The notes under the pieces are model-generated. The model saw only the letters and a list, made by a program, of their open reading frames with translations. It ran no database searches and was not told the origin of the DNA. A stretch of 64,000 nucleotides of DNA from Octopus sinensis (lineage: Eukaryota). The first letter of the stretch is position 1. Every line of letters begins with the position of its first letter. The stretch spans positions 18,984,464 to 19,048,463 of the forward strand of contig NC_043011.1 of the NCBI RefSeq assembly GCF_006345805.1, given 5' to 3'. The position numbers and the translations under genes were made by a program. Shown here in pieces: positions 24,578 to 38,389 of the stretch.

Positions 24578-25163
24578 CTTAATTTTTCTTAAGCCTAATA
24601 GTAGTAAACATCTGAACTTTTTTTGACCGGTAGGACCCCCACCTAAAAAAAAAATATCACTGATGGTGATGATGATAATAATGATGGTAATAGTGCTGAT
24701 AATCTATCTATCTATCTACACACACACACATACACTCAAAGAGTTCAACCAACACAAACCTCCCCTCGGCTCTATTGTTAACCAAATATGAAAGTATTAT
24801 TTGACAGGCAAGAACTCTGGCGTTGAAGACAGTCAGGCAGCCAACCACCAAGCCAGCCAACGAGACAGACAGACACTACTGTGATGGTGATAATGATAAA
24901 AAACAAAAATAACAATAATAAGATACGGCTGTGACTACACATAAAACAATATCATTGATGATGATGGTGGTGATGGTGATGATGATAATGATGATGGTAA
25001 TAGTGGTGATAATGATGATAGTGATAATAATGGTGATGATAATAACAATAATAAGCCGACTACGGCTGCTATAATGGTACGATTATAATTGTAACGGCAA
25101 TGATGGCCGTCTCCCCACGAGCCAATCAAAGCTAAAAAATGATAACATTATCGTAGCACCAAA

Positions 25164-28100
25164 ATGTTTTTGGAAACTAAAAGGAAAACTAAATCAGTAT
25201 ACCAAATCGCTTGTCCTATGGTTAATCTGGAAGCGCGTCACCCAGGGAAGAGCCAGCCTGGGATCGAAAAGTCATCAACTGGCACAAACTCTTCTCCGAA
25301 TACGGACATGGATGGTCACTTGAACGGGAAATCCCCCAACTCGAGCCCTCCAAGTTCACCACCACAACCACCACAGAAAAAAAAATGTAAGCGGAACAAA
25401 TGGACCCGAGAAGAGTATAAAGAAGTAATATACGCTTATTACTATGCATTAGGTAGGCCATCTCAAGAGAGACACACCGCAAACTCTTACAGTATATGGA
25501 GAACACGGAATCAAGACAGTAGGCCCTATTTGGACGAGAACAAATTAGCAAATGTGAGGAGGGATATCCTTTGAAATAACAGGCTCACAGACAGTGAAAT
25601 AAGCGCAATCAAGCAAGCAACGGAAAATGACATAAATATAAGACACAAAGGAAATGAAGAATCAGATGAAAAGTATAGCCCGCCACGAGGCTTAATTGAA
25701 AGGCTGCCATCTGACCAAAGTACGCAAAGGCCTGAAGATACTAGAAATTCTATTGTACCTGTTAAAGATAGCCAGGAAAACGATAAAACAACAGTAACTG
25801 AAGATCTCGCATTTGTGAAGAACACAGAGGTTCTATGGCAGAAATGAGGCAGAAAATCCTGAATACGCTTGAAGTTGTAAGACATAAAAGTATGAATGAT
25901 AGAGAATCACTTCATAAACTCTCAAATACAAACCAAAATAAAGAACAAATCCAAATTGGCAACTATGTAACAAATGAAATAATACGAGAATTAAAACCTG
26001 ATTTTACTGAGTTAAATGAAATTATTTACGCTTCTGCTAGGGCAATTGAAACCAGCTGTATGCCCCCGAAAAAACAAAGAAAACAAAACCTGGGAAGAAA
26101 TCAAACCTGGAGAAGTAAAATTGAAAAAGAGATTGAATTTATGAGAGGGGAAATATCAATATTAAATGAACTAATATGTGGAAATGATGTAAGATCCAGA
26201 ACAGGAAGAAAGATGAAGAGAAAATTTGGATCCTTACCAAGAGAAGAACTGATATCAATAAAAGAAACGCTGAAACAAAAAGTCCAAGCAAAAGCCCAAA
26301 GAATACGAAGATTTGAGAAGAGAAACAAGTTTTACAAGCAAAATAAGCTGTTCACATCCAATGCCAAAAAAATCTACAGAGAAATAGGGAAGGAGAAAGT
26401 AACCGTTAAAGACCCCCCTCCCATGGAAGAAGTTCAAAACTTTTGGAAAAGGATTTGGAGTGACAAGAAGACGTACAACATAAATGCAGACTGGATTATA
26501 CAAACTGAAGGATCCTACCAAAATTTACAACAACAAGCATGGGAAGACATCACAATAGCAGACCCAAGAAAGGCACTCACGAAGGCCCATAATTGGAAAT
26601 CCCCCGGTAAAGATAGGGTGACGAATTTCTGGCTCGCATCGCTCCCATGCGCACACGGTAAGCTAGTTCAGCTGCTCAATGGAATTATGAGAGACCCAAA
26701 GAAAACACCTGAATGGTTAGCAAGTGGCATTACTTACCTACTCCCAAAGAATAACGAAACCAACCTTCCAAAAAACTATCGGCCTATAACCTGTCTATCC
26801 ACCACGTATAAAATCCTAACATCTATCCTGGCGGAGAAAACATATGCATTCATGGAGAAGAACGATATTTTCCCCATTGAACAAAAAGGGTGCCACCAAG
26901 GCTCTTACGGATGCAAAGATCAACTGCAATCAATCGTATGATCCTTGAGAACTGTCACAGCAAGCACAGAAATCTCAGCACCGCATGGATTGACTATAAA
27001 AAGGCCTTCGACAGTATACCGCATCCATGTATCTTGAGATCGCTGGACATCTTCAAAATTTCCCCTGTGATTTCAAACTTCCTGAAGCACAACATGTCGT
27101 GGAATACGAATCTCCAATTATACCACTCTAATGGAGTACTTGCCTCAGAAAATATAAACATCAACTGTGGAATTTTTCAAGGTGACTCACTTTCACCTTT
27201 AATATGGGTATGGGTATAAAATTGCCAATAAAAAAATAAGCCATCTATTTTATATGGATGACTTAAAACTTTATGGTAAAGACAATAATGAACTTGAAGG
27301 CCTATTGCGCACCGTGAAAGCATTCAGCGATGACATCGGGATGGAGTTTGGACTTGAGAAGTGTGCCAAGGACACTTTCCAGAAAGGGAAAGTGAAGACC
27401 ACAAATTCAGTCGTGTTAGATGTTGACACAGTCATAAGAGAGCTTGAGCAAGAACAAACATACAAATATTTAGGGATAAATGAAGGCTCTGGTATTCAGC
27501 ATGCAAGCATGAAAGAGAAGATCAGGAAGGAATGTTATAGGAGAGCTCGTGCACTCCTGAAATCTGAACTAAATGCACGTAACAAGGTGTTAGCTATAAA
27601 TTCCTTAGCAGTTCCAGTTGTTACTTATAGCTACAATGTGTTGAACTGGAATATGAGTGAAGTAAAGAATATAGATAGGAAAATATGCAAGCTGCTGAGT
27701 TGTAATAGGATGCACCACCAAAAGGCAGACGTAGATCGCCTTTACCTTCCCAGAGCCCAAGGAGGTCGAGGCCTGATCCAATTTGAACTAGCTTACAAAA
27801 CAACCACAATTGGACTGGCCAAATATCTCGAAATATCGAATGACTGGATGCTAAAGCTCGTGGAAAATCACGAGAGACGAAAGAAGCTTCATTCTATCAT
27901 AAAGGAAAGCAAAAAATTTGCTATTGATCTCGTGCAGGATACCCAAACTGGACAACCCGAGGGAAGTACGGCAACTACTGTTGCAAAGAAGTGAAAATGA
28001 TGGCAATGAAAAAAGCGCACGAGCAATTGCCTGATAGGTGGGAGGAGAAACCTCTGCACGGCAAATATGTGACCCGCAGCAAACAAGCTGATGTTGACCA

Positions 28101-28803
28101 GAAGCAAACCCATCAGGGGCTACGGAGCTCAGGGCTAAAAACAGAGAGCGAAGGTTTCATCCTGGCTGCTCAAAATCAAAGCCTATTAACCCGGAACTAC
28201 CAGGCCAATGTGATGAAAAATGGAGCAGACCCAAAATGCCGATTCTGCAACGACATGATTGAAACAGTGGACCACCTAATCTCTGGATGTAAAGTCTTAG
28301 CACCAGTGGAGTATAAATTAAAACATGACAGAGTTGGCCAATATCTCCACTGGCTAATACGTCGGCATTACAATATCAAAACTGCCGACAAGTGGTATAA
28401 TCACCACCCTGAGGCTGTAACTGAAGGAGAAAATGTAACCATTCTGTGGGACTTTCCAGTACATACAGACCGAACCATCACGGCCAATAAACCAGATATT
28501 GTTGTGAAAGACCAAAACAATAAAGTTTGCTTATTGATCGACATGAGCATCCCCTGTGATCATAATATCTCAGCGAAAGAGTTTGACAAGTTCAGAAAAT
28601 ATAAAGACCTACTCATTGAAATTGAGAAAATGTGGCATCTCAAGGCGGTTACAATACCAGTGATCGTAGGAGCACTAGGAATGATCAAGAAGGGAACCGA
28701 AAATTATATGAGAATGATCCCTGGCTTACCATTCCTGCAAGAAGTGCAAAAGATTGTCTTAACTGGTACATCACACGTATTGAGAAGAGCATTGTCGATG
28801 TGA
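25164..28803 (+). pseudogene. Disrupted R4/Dong single ORF: N-terminal domain, reverse transcriptase, CCHC knuckle, restriction-like endonuclease
   Basis: ORF pieces 25164, 25835, 26890, 27254 and 27991 give KWTREE..., NWKSPGKD, NYRPITCLSTTYK, EQKGC, WIDYKKAFDS, GIFQGDSLSPL, YMDDLKLY, YKYLGI, CRFC...ETVDHLISGC and KPDIVV...LIDMSIP...K..KY. One in-frame stop (25572) and several frameshifts. Confidence 0.95.
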
Positions 28804-29002
28804 GAACTGTTGCTGCTCATGTATTTTAATTTAACTTAAAAAAAAAAAAATTTTAAAAATGAACGAACTATTGAGTTTGGTTTAATGGCCTACCAATGTA
28901 TACTATGAGTTTCTTTGCCCTAGGAGTCGGGAAGACACTCGGCAAGAAATGGAAGCAAATTTGAAAGAAGAAAAAAAAAGTAATAATAATAATAATAATA
29001 AT

Positions 29003-29060
29003 TAAAATGGCGGTGCCCCAGCATGGCTACAGCTCATAAGCTGAAACTAGAATCAATCAA
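29003..29060 (+). mobile_element. 3' tail fragment of SINE family A
   Basis: ggcggtgccccagcatggctacagct...gctgaaac matches the tail at 38540-38580. Confidence 0.6.
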
Positions 29061-29113
29061 TCAATCAATAATAATAATAATAATAATAATAGCAACAACA
29101 ACAACAACAACAA

Positions 29114-29230
29114 CAGGTTCGAAATTTCCCCAGGACACCCGATGAAGGCTAGAGGGTATATCAGCCGAAACGTTGTTAACAACAAACAAAACGGGGACAA
29201 ATATCTGTTAAATATAAATAATATAAATAA
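29114..29230 (+). mobile_element. SINE family D tail (continuation of the 23368-23430 copy) with a mutated hammerhead
   Basis: caggttcgaaatttccccaggacacCCGATGAaggctagagggtatatcagccGAAACGTTgttaac...ggacaaatatc is homologous to the reverse complement of 23135-23260. Core U4 is changed to C and the stem I 3' arm is shortened. Confidence 0.82.
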
Positions 29231-32200
29231 CGTACTTTTATACTTGTTCTGGTTTATCTAAATTTTATCGGTTGTTTCTTTTATTCTCAGAATAAAAGAA
29301 AAATGGCCTCCCTCAAACATGAACAACAAATTAACGAAATAAACTTATATATATTGACACAGCAAGAACATATTTCGTTAAATTGAAGGAAGTTGTGGGA
29401 GATATTCTAACAAAAAGAGAACCATGTGTGTTGGTCGCAAATGTTTTATGTGTAATTTATCATTTGGATCATAAACGACCTCAGATCTCATAAGAACTTA
29501 AACCATATGTAATATCTATGTATATGTTCCTTCCGCTTAATCATATTCTTTAAACAGAAATTATTTTAACGTAAGATACATCACTTTATACAATGTATTT
29601 TTAATAGCTTAATTGTGCCCAAACATATATAACACTATCAAGATATTTCCGTCTGTAAGGTTTCAAAGCTGCATGCTAATATGGCATAAAATCCTCCAGC
29701 GTCAGCAGCGAGCTGTGAAGAGAAAAAATATGAATTCTGTAATCGAGAGAGAATGCTGAATTAGAAATATTCCCCTCTACAGAAACATTCATCCGAAGAA
29801 TGACTTTCATTTAACTTAGCAATTAACGTTCCTTTTCGTATTCACGTAACAAGGAAAAGCAATGTGAAAAAAAGTGACTTGCTCAAGGACAATGAGTATT
29901 GCTCTATTTGAGTATCGAAACTGGTGATCATAGCCCGAAATCCCGAAACACGTCCCTATGACACTCCGCAGAAAAGAAATCACAGCAATATAAAGAAAAC
30001 CAATTGAATAAGTAATGGGTTTGTTTTGTTTAATACGTTTGAACGCATTGCATATTTCTACATACACTTCATTATCAGAAAGCTTTATTGACTATACAAA
30101 ACACAGAAGATCAATCCGCCTGAACGAACCGGAGACACAGTGTAACTGAGCCTGTTGATGACTGCAGAAGCTTTCAAATATCTTAACCCTGACTGACATC
30201 AACATCAAAGTTTCAAAATTCACAGATGGAAACAGTATGATACTGTATGATACGTTTGGGCGAGAGTAAGCTATTAAAAATATCTTCCAAAGTTATCCTC
30301 ATAAGTTTTCCTTAAAACTATATATTTTTTTCTATAGTGTTTTAAGTATGGGAACATACACATTTGCAGTCTAGTACATGTTCACATAGTTACATTCCTT
30401 TTCCCGTTTTTTCTACAAAATCATCGCTAATAACATATTCTTTATATGTACGTCAAACGTAAAGATGTAAGATTCAAAATGATAAATAAATATTTTTTTT
30501 TTAAATTAGTAAGGAAAACAATGAATTTTCTATGAATTTCAGATCTTAAATCAATCGACAGAAAAATGTTTAAATGAATAACTCATGTAGCATATTCTCT
30601 TCACTTTACATACTTTATTTTTAATAACTGATCTTATCCGAATTTTCATTTGTAATATATACGTTCAATACTTTTTTTATATATTAAGAGGTTCATTATC
30701 AATCATCAGCATTGGTATTGGTTACTTAGTGATTTTTCAATGCCTATTTATTTCATTAATTCTACTGCTATACATTAGAGACATTTTACAAAGTAGAAAA
30801 ATTTATTGAGCAAAACTTATATTTATGGTAATGCAGAGAAATATAGCTTTTAATATTTCTTTGGAATGATTTTAAAAACTAAAACGTATTACTACCCGTA
30901 AAATATTAATTTCAAAAATTTCTTACTTATTTTCTAATCAAATAAATATATTGATTTCACTTACAATACATACTTATGCTATCATTTTTATTATTTACTT
31001 TTTTAGTTGATGTAGCAGCTGCAGAAAAATCAATCATGCACTGTGGTATTATCATTGACGAAGCTTATTCTCTGATGGAACTTATTGGTGTCGTATAGCT
31101 ATGCTAATGTCTAAATCAATTAATCTATCATGAAATGAATTTTAAAATCAAAATCCCTAAGAGAGCGCAACGATATAATCAAATAAATTACCGAATATAT
31201 TAAACTATTCTCTGTTATTCTGCATCATACCATTTTCATAAACTTAGAAAATACAGTGTAGAAATTAATCCCAATAAATAGACTATCAAAATACATAACT
31301 GGTATACTTGAATTATATTTCAAAATCTGTATGTTTTTATGATTATCTCCAGATTAGGTAACAAGTAAATTGTAAGGTAATGTATTGCCATAATTCATAT
31401 CGTACCATTGAAAAAAGAAATTATACGGGTAATCGCTCTGCAAACCAGGAATAATCATTCAAATACCAATCATAAAATACTAACACGAACACGTTTGATA
31501 ATAACTTTCTAAATGTAGAAAAAATACATCGTTACAAATGGAATGCAGACTAATGAACGACGTATCGTCTACTATGCACATTCAATCAACTGAAAAGAAA
31601 TGTAATAACAGAATTTAGCTATCAAAACAGCACATATTGTCTAGCTTCTCCCATCATGCATTTAGTTGTTTACCCCTCGCAAGTAGATTTTCTTTAATGC
31701 GTTATGTCAGATAAAATGTGAATTGGCCTCATATTCTATTATCACCCTGCGTACTAAAGTTTTTGCCAGCTCGACCATTAATAAAATCATAATATTATAC
31801 CAGTTATATGCTGCTCACAGTGAATTAATATTTGATAATATATACGCAATGTTTTATGACATAAGTACACTATCAAAGATTCAATAAACTATTTTATTGA
31901 GCAGCATTGTACTGGAGGAAACGCTAATTCTACGAAAAGTTGATAAACTATTACATATGCATATCAATGAGGTATGTGTGCGAAGAGTTAAAACATTATA
32001 TGTGTTATGCATTCGGAAGTACCATATGAATATATTGCGTGGTCCGAAAGTCTTGTCACCCTCTACCGAAAGTAATAAGAGCGATGGAGGAACAAAATAA
32101 TATCAAACACATGTACTGGTATTAGTATATTCACCTTCGTTGACACATCTGTATGACACCAACAGCTTCATAAAATGTCACATAGGACTTAGCCCCGCAT

Positions 32201-32364
32201 CATTTTGTGCCACGAAAATGATGGTGCTCGTACAGACCTTCTCGTAGTACTTTTCAGTAGGAGGTGAAAAGACTTCTTTATGTATTTAAGTACGTACGTG
32301 TAAATGCATTTGTGTGTGTACTTTTGTGAGACGGTGGGAACGGATGTACGTGAATATCTATACA

Positions 32365-32408
<44 letters not shown>

Positions 32409-32416
<8 letters not shown>

Positions 32417-32568
32417 AGAGACAAAACCACTATTTTGCAAAACAAACAAGGAAAGACTTAATCAATACATAAAATTTTAATAAAATTGACTTTTTATTAA
32501 AATTTTATGTATTGATTAAGTCTGTCCTTGTTTGTTTTGCAAAATAGTGGTTTTGTCTCTAATAATAT
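32409..32568. repeat. Fold-back inverted repeat, 77-bp arms, 6-nt loop
   Basis: 32409-32485 vs 32492-32568, one mismatch (ggaaagac / ggacagac); lies between (TA)n tracts. Confidence 0.93.
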
Positions 32569-32705
32569 TATATAATATTTTACTATAAAATTGGATTTAA
32601 TCCTAAATCTGATTTTTTTCCTGTAAATTTGGATTTATTCCCTAATATTTATTATTATTATATATATATATATATATATGAATGTATGTATGTATATATA
32701 TATAC

Positions 32706-32745
<40 letters not shown>

Positions 32746-34894
32746 TTATTTATGTATAAATATATACATATATATATATATATTATATTCTCGTACATAT
32801 TTACATGTTACTTTCCTCTCGTTAATTTTCACACATAGTAGTGCAATATTTATATCGCATATCTAAACTTATCCGGAGCTTGCGTTTATCAGGAAACCGC
32901 ATACACGCTTTAAGTTTACAAATTAAATCTACCGTTCTCAACATTCCCAAACATATCATAATAGTGACATTTGAACTGGTATATTGTTTTGACTGTGATA
33001 ATTTATTAAATCTGTTTATTATGTATGTTTTTGTATATATGAATTTGATAGATTTGGTCTGTTTATTTGTTTCCTTTGTCTTGACACGCAAACACTTCGC
33101 GCTTGATCATTAAGCTGTCTCTAGATAATAACCTGTTGCAGCATTTTTCATTTCAAATTACATGATCAACAACACATATAACCTGAAACCGGATCAGAAT
33201 CATTTCAATATTTGAGGTGTTATATTTCCCAAAAATTCCGTTACAATTTCTGTCCCTCCACGTACACCCAGAAATTTTATACGATGTAGGTTTATGGAAA
33301 GTATATAAATTACTAAATAGAGACATTTTGAATATCTCAAACACGTAGAGATTGCTTGAAAGGACACCATTCTATTTTCATTAATATTTGTCATTGGGCT
33401 TTAAATTATCTTGTTCCATACACCGGGTTTCAAATTATATGGTTTCCTTAGAAAATTTGTTATCGATTCTACTGTCAAGCCGGACTTGCGCCCGGATTAA
33501 ATTTCCTTACCTAGTTTTGAAAGAATTTTACGTAATTAGATCAGTCTAATCGGCTTGTGCTCTTAATAATTAATAATAATTTCAAAGATTTCAAATTCCG
33601 CCCCCAGATTTGATTAGGGTTATTTATGTAAGCAGAAGAGTTATAGCAACATCGGAGGAAAATGTGGATGATGTTCTATAATGATGAGGAATACATCAAG
33701 TATCATAGGTATATTTACATTTAATTTTGGGGAGCAGTGTGCTGCAAGATGGATTGCAGCACAGAGTATCTATATAATTTAAGAAAAATAGAAAATTTCA
33801 TTGTCATTGTATGAAGAAATGTGAAATAGCGTTGCATGATGAGAAAAACCTTTCAAGGCATGCAAAGCATGAATTCAAGATGGCCTTGATTGTTTTGCAA
33901 GTATAAGGTTACGAGTAATAACAATCAATAACATTTTTATAGGCAGGTCTACATTGAAGAAATGATAACACGAATAATGACACAATGGCAATAGAAATGA
34001 TGATGATTGTGATGATGAGAAACGTACCGTGATGATGAACATTTTATAATAATTATCTTTGCATTTCTTGTATTAAGAAATATCTGAACTATTATTTATA
34101 GAAATACTTAAAATATAAGCATATTTTATAGTTCAGAGACCTTATCTCGTATTTTATTTCAAAGAATTAAGCTACATCGACAGTTTATCTAAAGTATTGA
34201 CTATAGACTAATATTTAAGCAACTTAAAGGATATTGGTGATCTTCCTCTAAGAAGTTCTTAATATCAGTTTTTTTCACTCTAAATAAAAGAAAATAAACT
34301 CTATACACATAATAGATTCAAGAAGCATTGTGTATACAGTTAACACAATTTCCTAGTCGCTGTAGAGAAGCATTGTTCGGAATTATAACTGTCCGCTGTT
34401 GGTCGAGTTCATTAAAGTAATACTGTAGACATTGTATTTCCATATAATTAATTGTTATACTGATTTGTTCTCAACATTAATGGCGATGCTAAAGCGATGA
34501 GACTTGTAGATTAATGAACAAGGTGGTTTATACCATCCAAATGTTACTCTTCCGTTTCCAATGTAAACAAATCGTCAGAACAAATATTTGCTCTATTATG
34601 TACACATGACTGCATACACACATGCATTCCAACACTTTCACTCACAAACACACACATACATTCATACGCATCTTTAGTGTTATCAACTTTATCTGTCTAC
34701 AGTATCTCATTTCCAGAAGCCATGATCTTTCGCTCACTTTTACTATGAAGCCTCTCTCACTCACACCCTTTAAAACCTATTGAAATAAGTTGTTTAAAAG
34801 CATAACATTTGTAGTAATGGTAATGGATATTTTGTCCAATGACTGCACCATTCTATTTAGGCCACTGACACTGTGTAGCAACTGCGTAGCCGAG

Positions 34895-35040
34895 GTCTTT
34901 GCCTCTCAGCTTATGCTTTTCGGTTCAGTCCCACTGAACAACAGCTTAGGCAAGGATCTTCTGCTTTTAGCCTCAGGCTGACCAAAGCTTTGCGAGTGCC
35001 TTTTGTAGACGGAAATTGAAAGAAGCGTGCTAGGCTTGTG
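34895..35040 (+). mobile_element. SINE family A, degenerate 5' part
   Basis: ggttcagtcccactg...ggcaag...gaccaaagc...gtagacggaaattgaaagaagc. Confidence 0.72.
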
Positions 35041-35620
35041 TGTGTGTGTGTGTGTCTGTCTGTCTCTATCTCTCTGTACACACACACTCACACACACACA
35101 GGTGGGTTCATTACAAATGCTTACAGCACGAACAAGTCATAATGTAATGCGTTGTATAACAATATTAATGCTTAAGAAGATTATATCTATTTCTGTCCAG
35201 CATAGACATGTTAATTAAAGAACCATTGGTATTCGCGGTATAAAGATATCACAACAAAATATATTTTCAGTGATACACAAACAATAATTTGCTTACTATT
35301 ATTAATAACTCATGACATACATTTTTAAAATCATTTTAAGCGTTTTAATTCTCTACAGATGTCCGAAACTAAAATATCACACAGAAGTAAACTCCCCTAT
35401 TGAAGATGGGCGTTTTGAATTCATTTCATATGATAGCGATAAAACTGAAACATGACTTCATTTACTTGTTTAGCAAAATGATAGAACAGCTGAATATTTA
35501 GCATTGTTAAACTTCCAGTCTAAATAGGACGAAACAACTACAAATAAGGTTTGTTAAGCCCCATCTTTGCGTGTTGTACACCATCTACATATCGGTAGAA
35601 ATTATAGGAAAATAGATATA

Positions 35621-36335
35621 TACGAGGGGCTATAAAATGTTTCTAGACTTTTTCTGTAGGCTGTGAACTGGTGACAGCAAACGATGGCGTGCGCACAGTT
35701 TTGTTATGGACAGGATATTGGACCAAATAACATACCTCAAATATTGCGTTTAACTTCGGACGTCTGATTCAGTGATACGGCTACGAGGTAATAGGTCTTA
35801 CGCAATGTGTCGAAAAGCACGGTTGCTTCAAAAGCGGGAGAACATACCTAGAAGACGATGCGGGATTTGGAAGACCTGCCATGGGTGTCATCACGGGAAA
35901 TTGGAGAAAAGTAATGAGCATGAGCATGAAGATCGTCGGAGGACAATCTCCGACATTGCTGATGTATTTGGTATGTCATACGTTCGGCAACTGGAGTCAT
36001 CACGAAGACAATGCACCCTGCCACCGAGCTCTCCTCACTCATGAATGTCTCGCCAAAATCAACATGGTGTCGCTTCTGCACCGATCCTATTTGCCAGATT
36101 TAGCACCTGCGGACTTCCATCTCTTCCCAGTTGCTGAGATCAAGGGTAAAACACAGAAAGACTTCGACTCGCTTAGGACAAACGTTTTATAGGCCGGATT
36201 CCAAAAGTGGTACGCTGAGACCAGTGTACTGCTGCACGACGTGAGTATTTCGAATGAGATGATGTTAAAACTTAGGTACATAAGTTATTTTTATTAAACG
36301 CAACTAGTCCGGGAACTTTATCAAACAACCTCGTA
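35621..36335 (+). mobile_element. Internally deleted, degenerate mariner transposon
   Basis: Ends tacgagggg... / ...cctcgta; translation HHEDNAPCHRALLTHECLAK...SYLPDLAPADFHLFP. Confidence 0.88.
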
Positions 36336-36565
36336 TACAAGCATGATAGGAGTAAGCAAACGCTATTTTTCTGATCCGGTAGTTTAATGAGAACTTAATA
36401 GACATGTATTTCTTTATTATTACAATTCTTGATATGCTTTATTATGCATGGGATAACAAATTTAAGAAAGGACTATGAAATGAAATAATTTAATTATTTC
36501 AGTGACATAAGCAGTCAGTTCAAACGAATAGCAGCTTCTATATTTGAACATCACAAAATGCAGTA

Positions 36566-36786
36566 AGGTGGCCAGCTAGCAGAATCGTTTGCATACCGGG
36601 CAAAATGTTTTGCGGCATTTCATTCGTTTCTATGTTCGGCGCTCGAATTTCACCGAGGTTCACCTTTCCCCTTCATCCTTTCGTGGTTCATAAAATAACA
36701 ACCATTTGAACACTGGGATCAATGTAATCGACTTAATTCCTCCCTCGAACCTTTTGGCCCTGTGCCAAAATTTGAAGCCAATATTA
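36566..36786 (+). mobile_element. tRNA-derived SINE family B
   Basis: gctagcagaatcgtt.gca..ccgggcaaaatg...tcatcctttcg...gaacactggg.tc.atgtaatcgactta...tgtgccaaaatttgaa. Confidence 0.85.
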
Positions 36787-38160
36787 CAAGATACAGCGTT
36801 ATTTTATTACACAAAATTCGAGGAGCTGGCGGACGAATCGACGTATTCAGAAAGGGAAATGCAGTGACACAGTTGGGGAACGGTGGCATAAAAAATTACA
36901 GGAATAATTTCAGACAAAAAAAAGGTAAATGAAAGACAATGCCAATCAATCGAGAAGTCATATTTGCTATGTCTTATTTTTGTTCCCTAAACCGGTTAGG
37001 GAAACACCTATGCATTAATAAATTGATGGTCTCTTAACTATATGAATCCCCAACGATAGCCACTAGATTTTATTATCTTTCTTCAATCTTGTTAGAATGT
37101 CACGTATGTCATTTTTTACGGCGCTTTCAATTTGATTTGCCTTAATCCATATTGCTGAATTGTTGGCTGTATTTCTTCATTGTGTTATACATTTATGCAA
37201 AATAATGAGGCCTAACATTATTTGTATGACATTTTGTATTCTAAAATCTACTGTCTGAAGCACTACGCTAACCAGATAATATCGAAACATTTTCATTGTT
37301 ATCAACATTTTCTCTAATAAAAGCCACTGGATGAAGCACGAGAATAATTGGAACTGAATTACTTTTTAAAATTCTTAAAATAATTATTGTAATGCATTGT
37401 AAATCGGTAAAACTTTTGAATGGATTTTTATTCCTTTCTCTAACTGAAAGACAACTTTCAACTAATTTAGATTTTATTCTTGTACGTATTCGCTCAGCTA
37501 TTCTTTGTATATTTGCTTTACTTCATCTGTTAAATTTAGTTGAATTCTACACAATACGCTGTACGTTCAAACAAATAGTTAATTCTGTATAAGAGAAGTA
37601 TTTGTTTCTCTAATATTCTGTAATATGTTGCTTTATTGCTTTTACTTCTTTTCTTAATCTTTATATCCATGTCGTCTAATTTCCATTGTCGTTGTAGTTC
37701 TTGAATATTGCAAACACAGAAACAAATAGAATTGATCTGCATTAGTCGTCTATTTCTTTGTCTATTGATAAATAATATTTATCTCCAAATAGTTTAATAC
37801 CAACGTTGACCCCACTGCTTTTCTGTATGAACGAAATAGTTACAAAGGTTATAGAGACAATCGACAACGTTTGCTTTCAAATTTTCAAATGCATATTCTA
37901 GGCTTTGAAATAGCGATTGCTACTTGACAAAATCAAAGTGACGTTAGTAAGATATTCATTTTCTTAACAGTGTGTCTGTATTGTAGTGATATTACAAACG
38001 TAACTTCGTTAGCAAATGCGTTTATATTTCAAATCTAAACTTTATTCAATACGCTAAACAAGAACATAAAATTCACGCTATATTGGAATTAACAACTTAT
38101 AATATTAGAAAGAATTAAACGTTCTGACTATTAGGGATATTATTATTTATTTTACATATA

Positions 38161-38334
38161 GGCGCAGGAGTGGCTGTGTGGTAAGTAACTTGCTAACAAA
38201 CCACATGGTTCCGGGTTCAGTCCCACTGCGTGGCATCTTGGGCAAGTGTCTTCTGCTATAGCCCCGGGCCGACCAATGCCTTGTGAGTGGATTTGGTAGA
38301 CGGAAACTGAAAGAAGCCTGTCGTATATATGTAT

Positions 38335-38389
<55 letters not shown>

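Larger units (their letters stand above)
23508..28980 (+). mobile_element. R4/Dong-clade non-LTR retrotransposon (RLE type), probably full length, inserted in (TAA)n
   Basis: (TAA)n at 23431-23507 and 28981-29002; RT, CCHC and RLE coding region 25164-28803; A-rich 3' end. The 5' boundary is inferred from the split SINE D copy. Confidence 0.88.
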
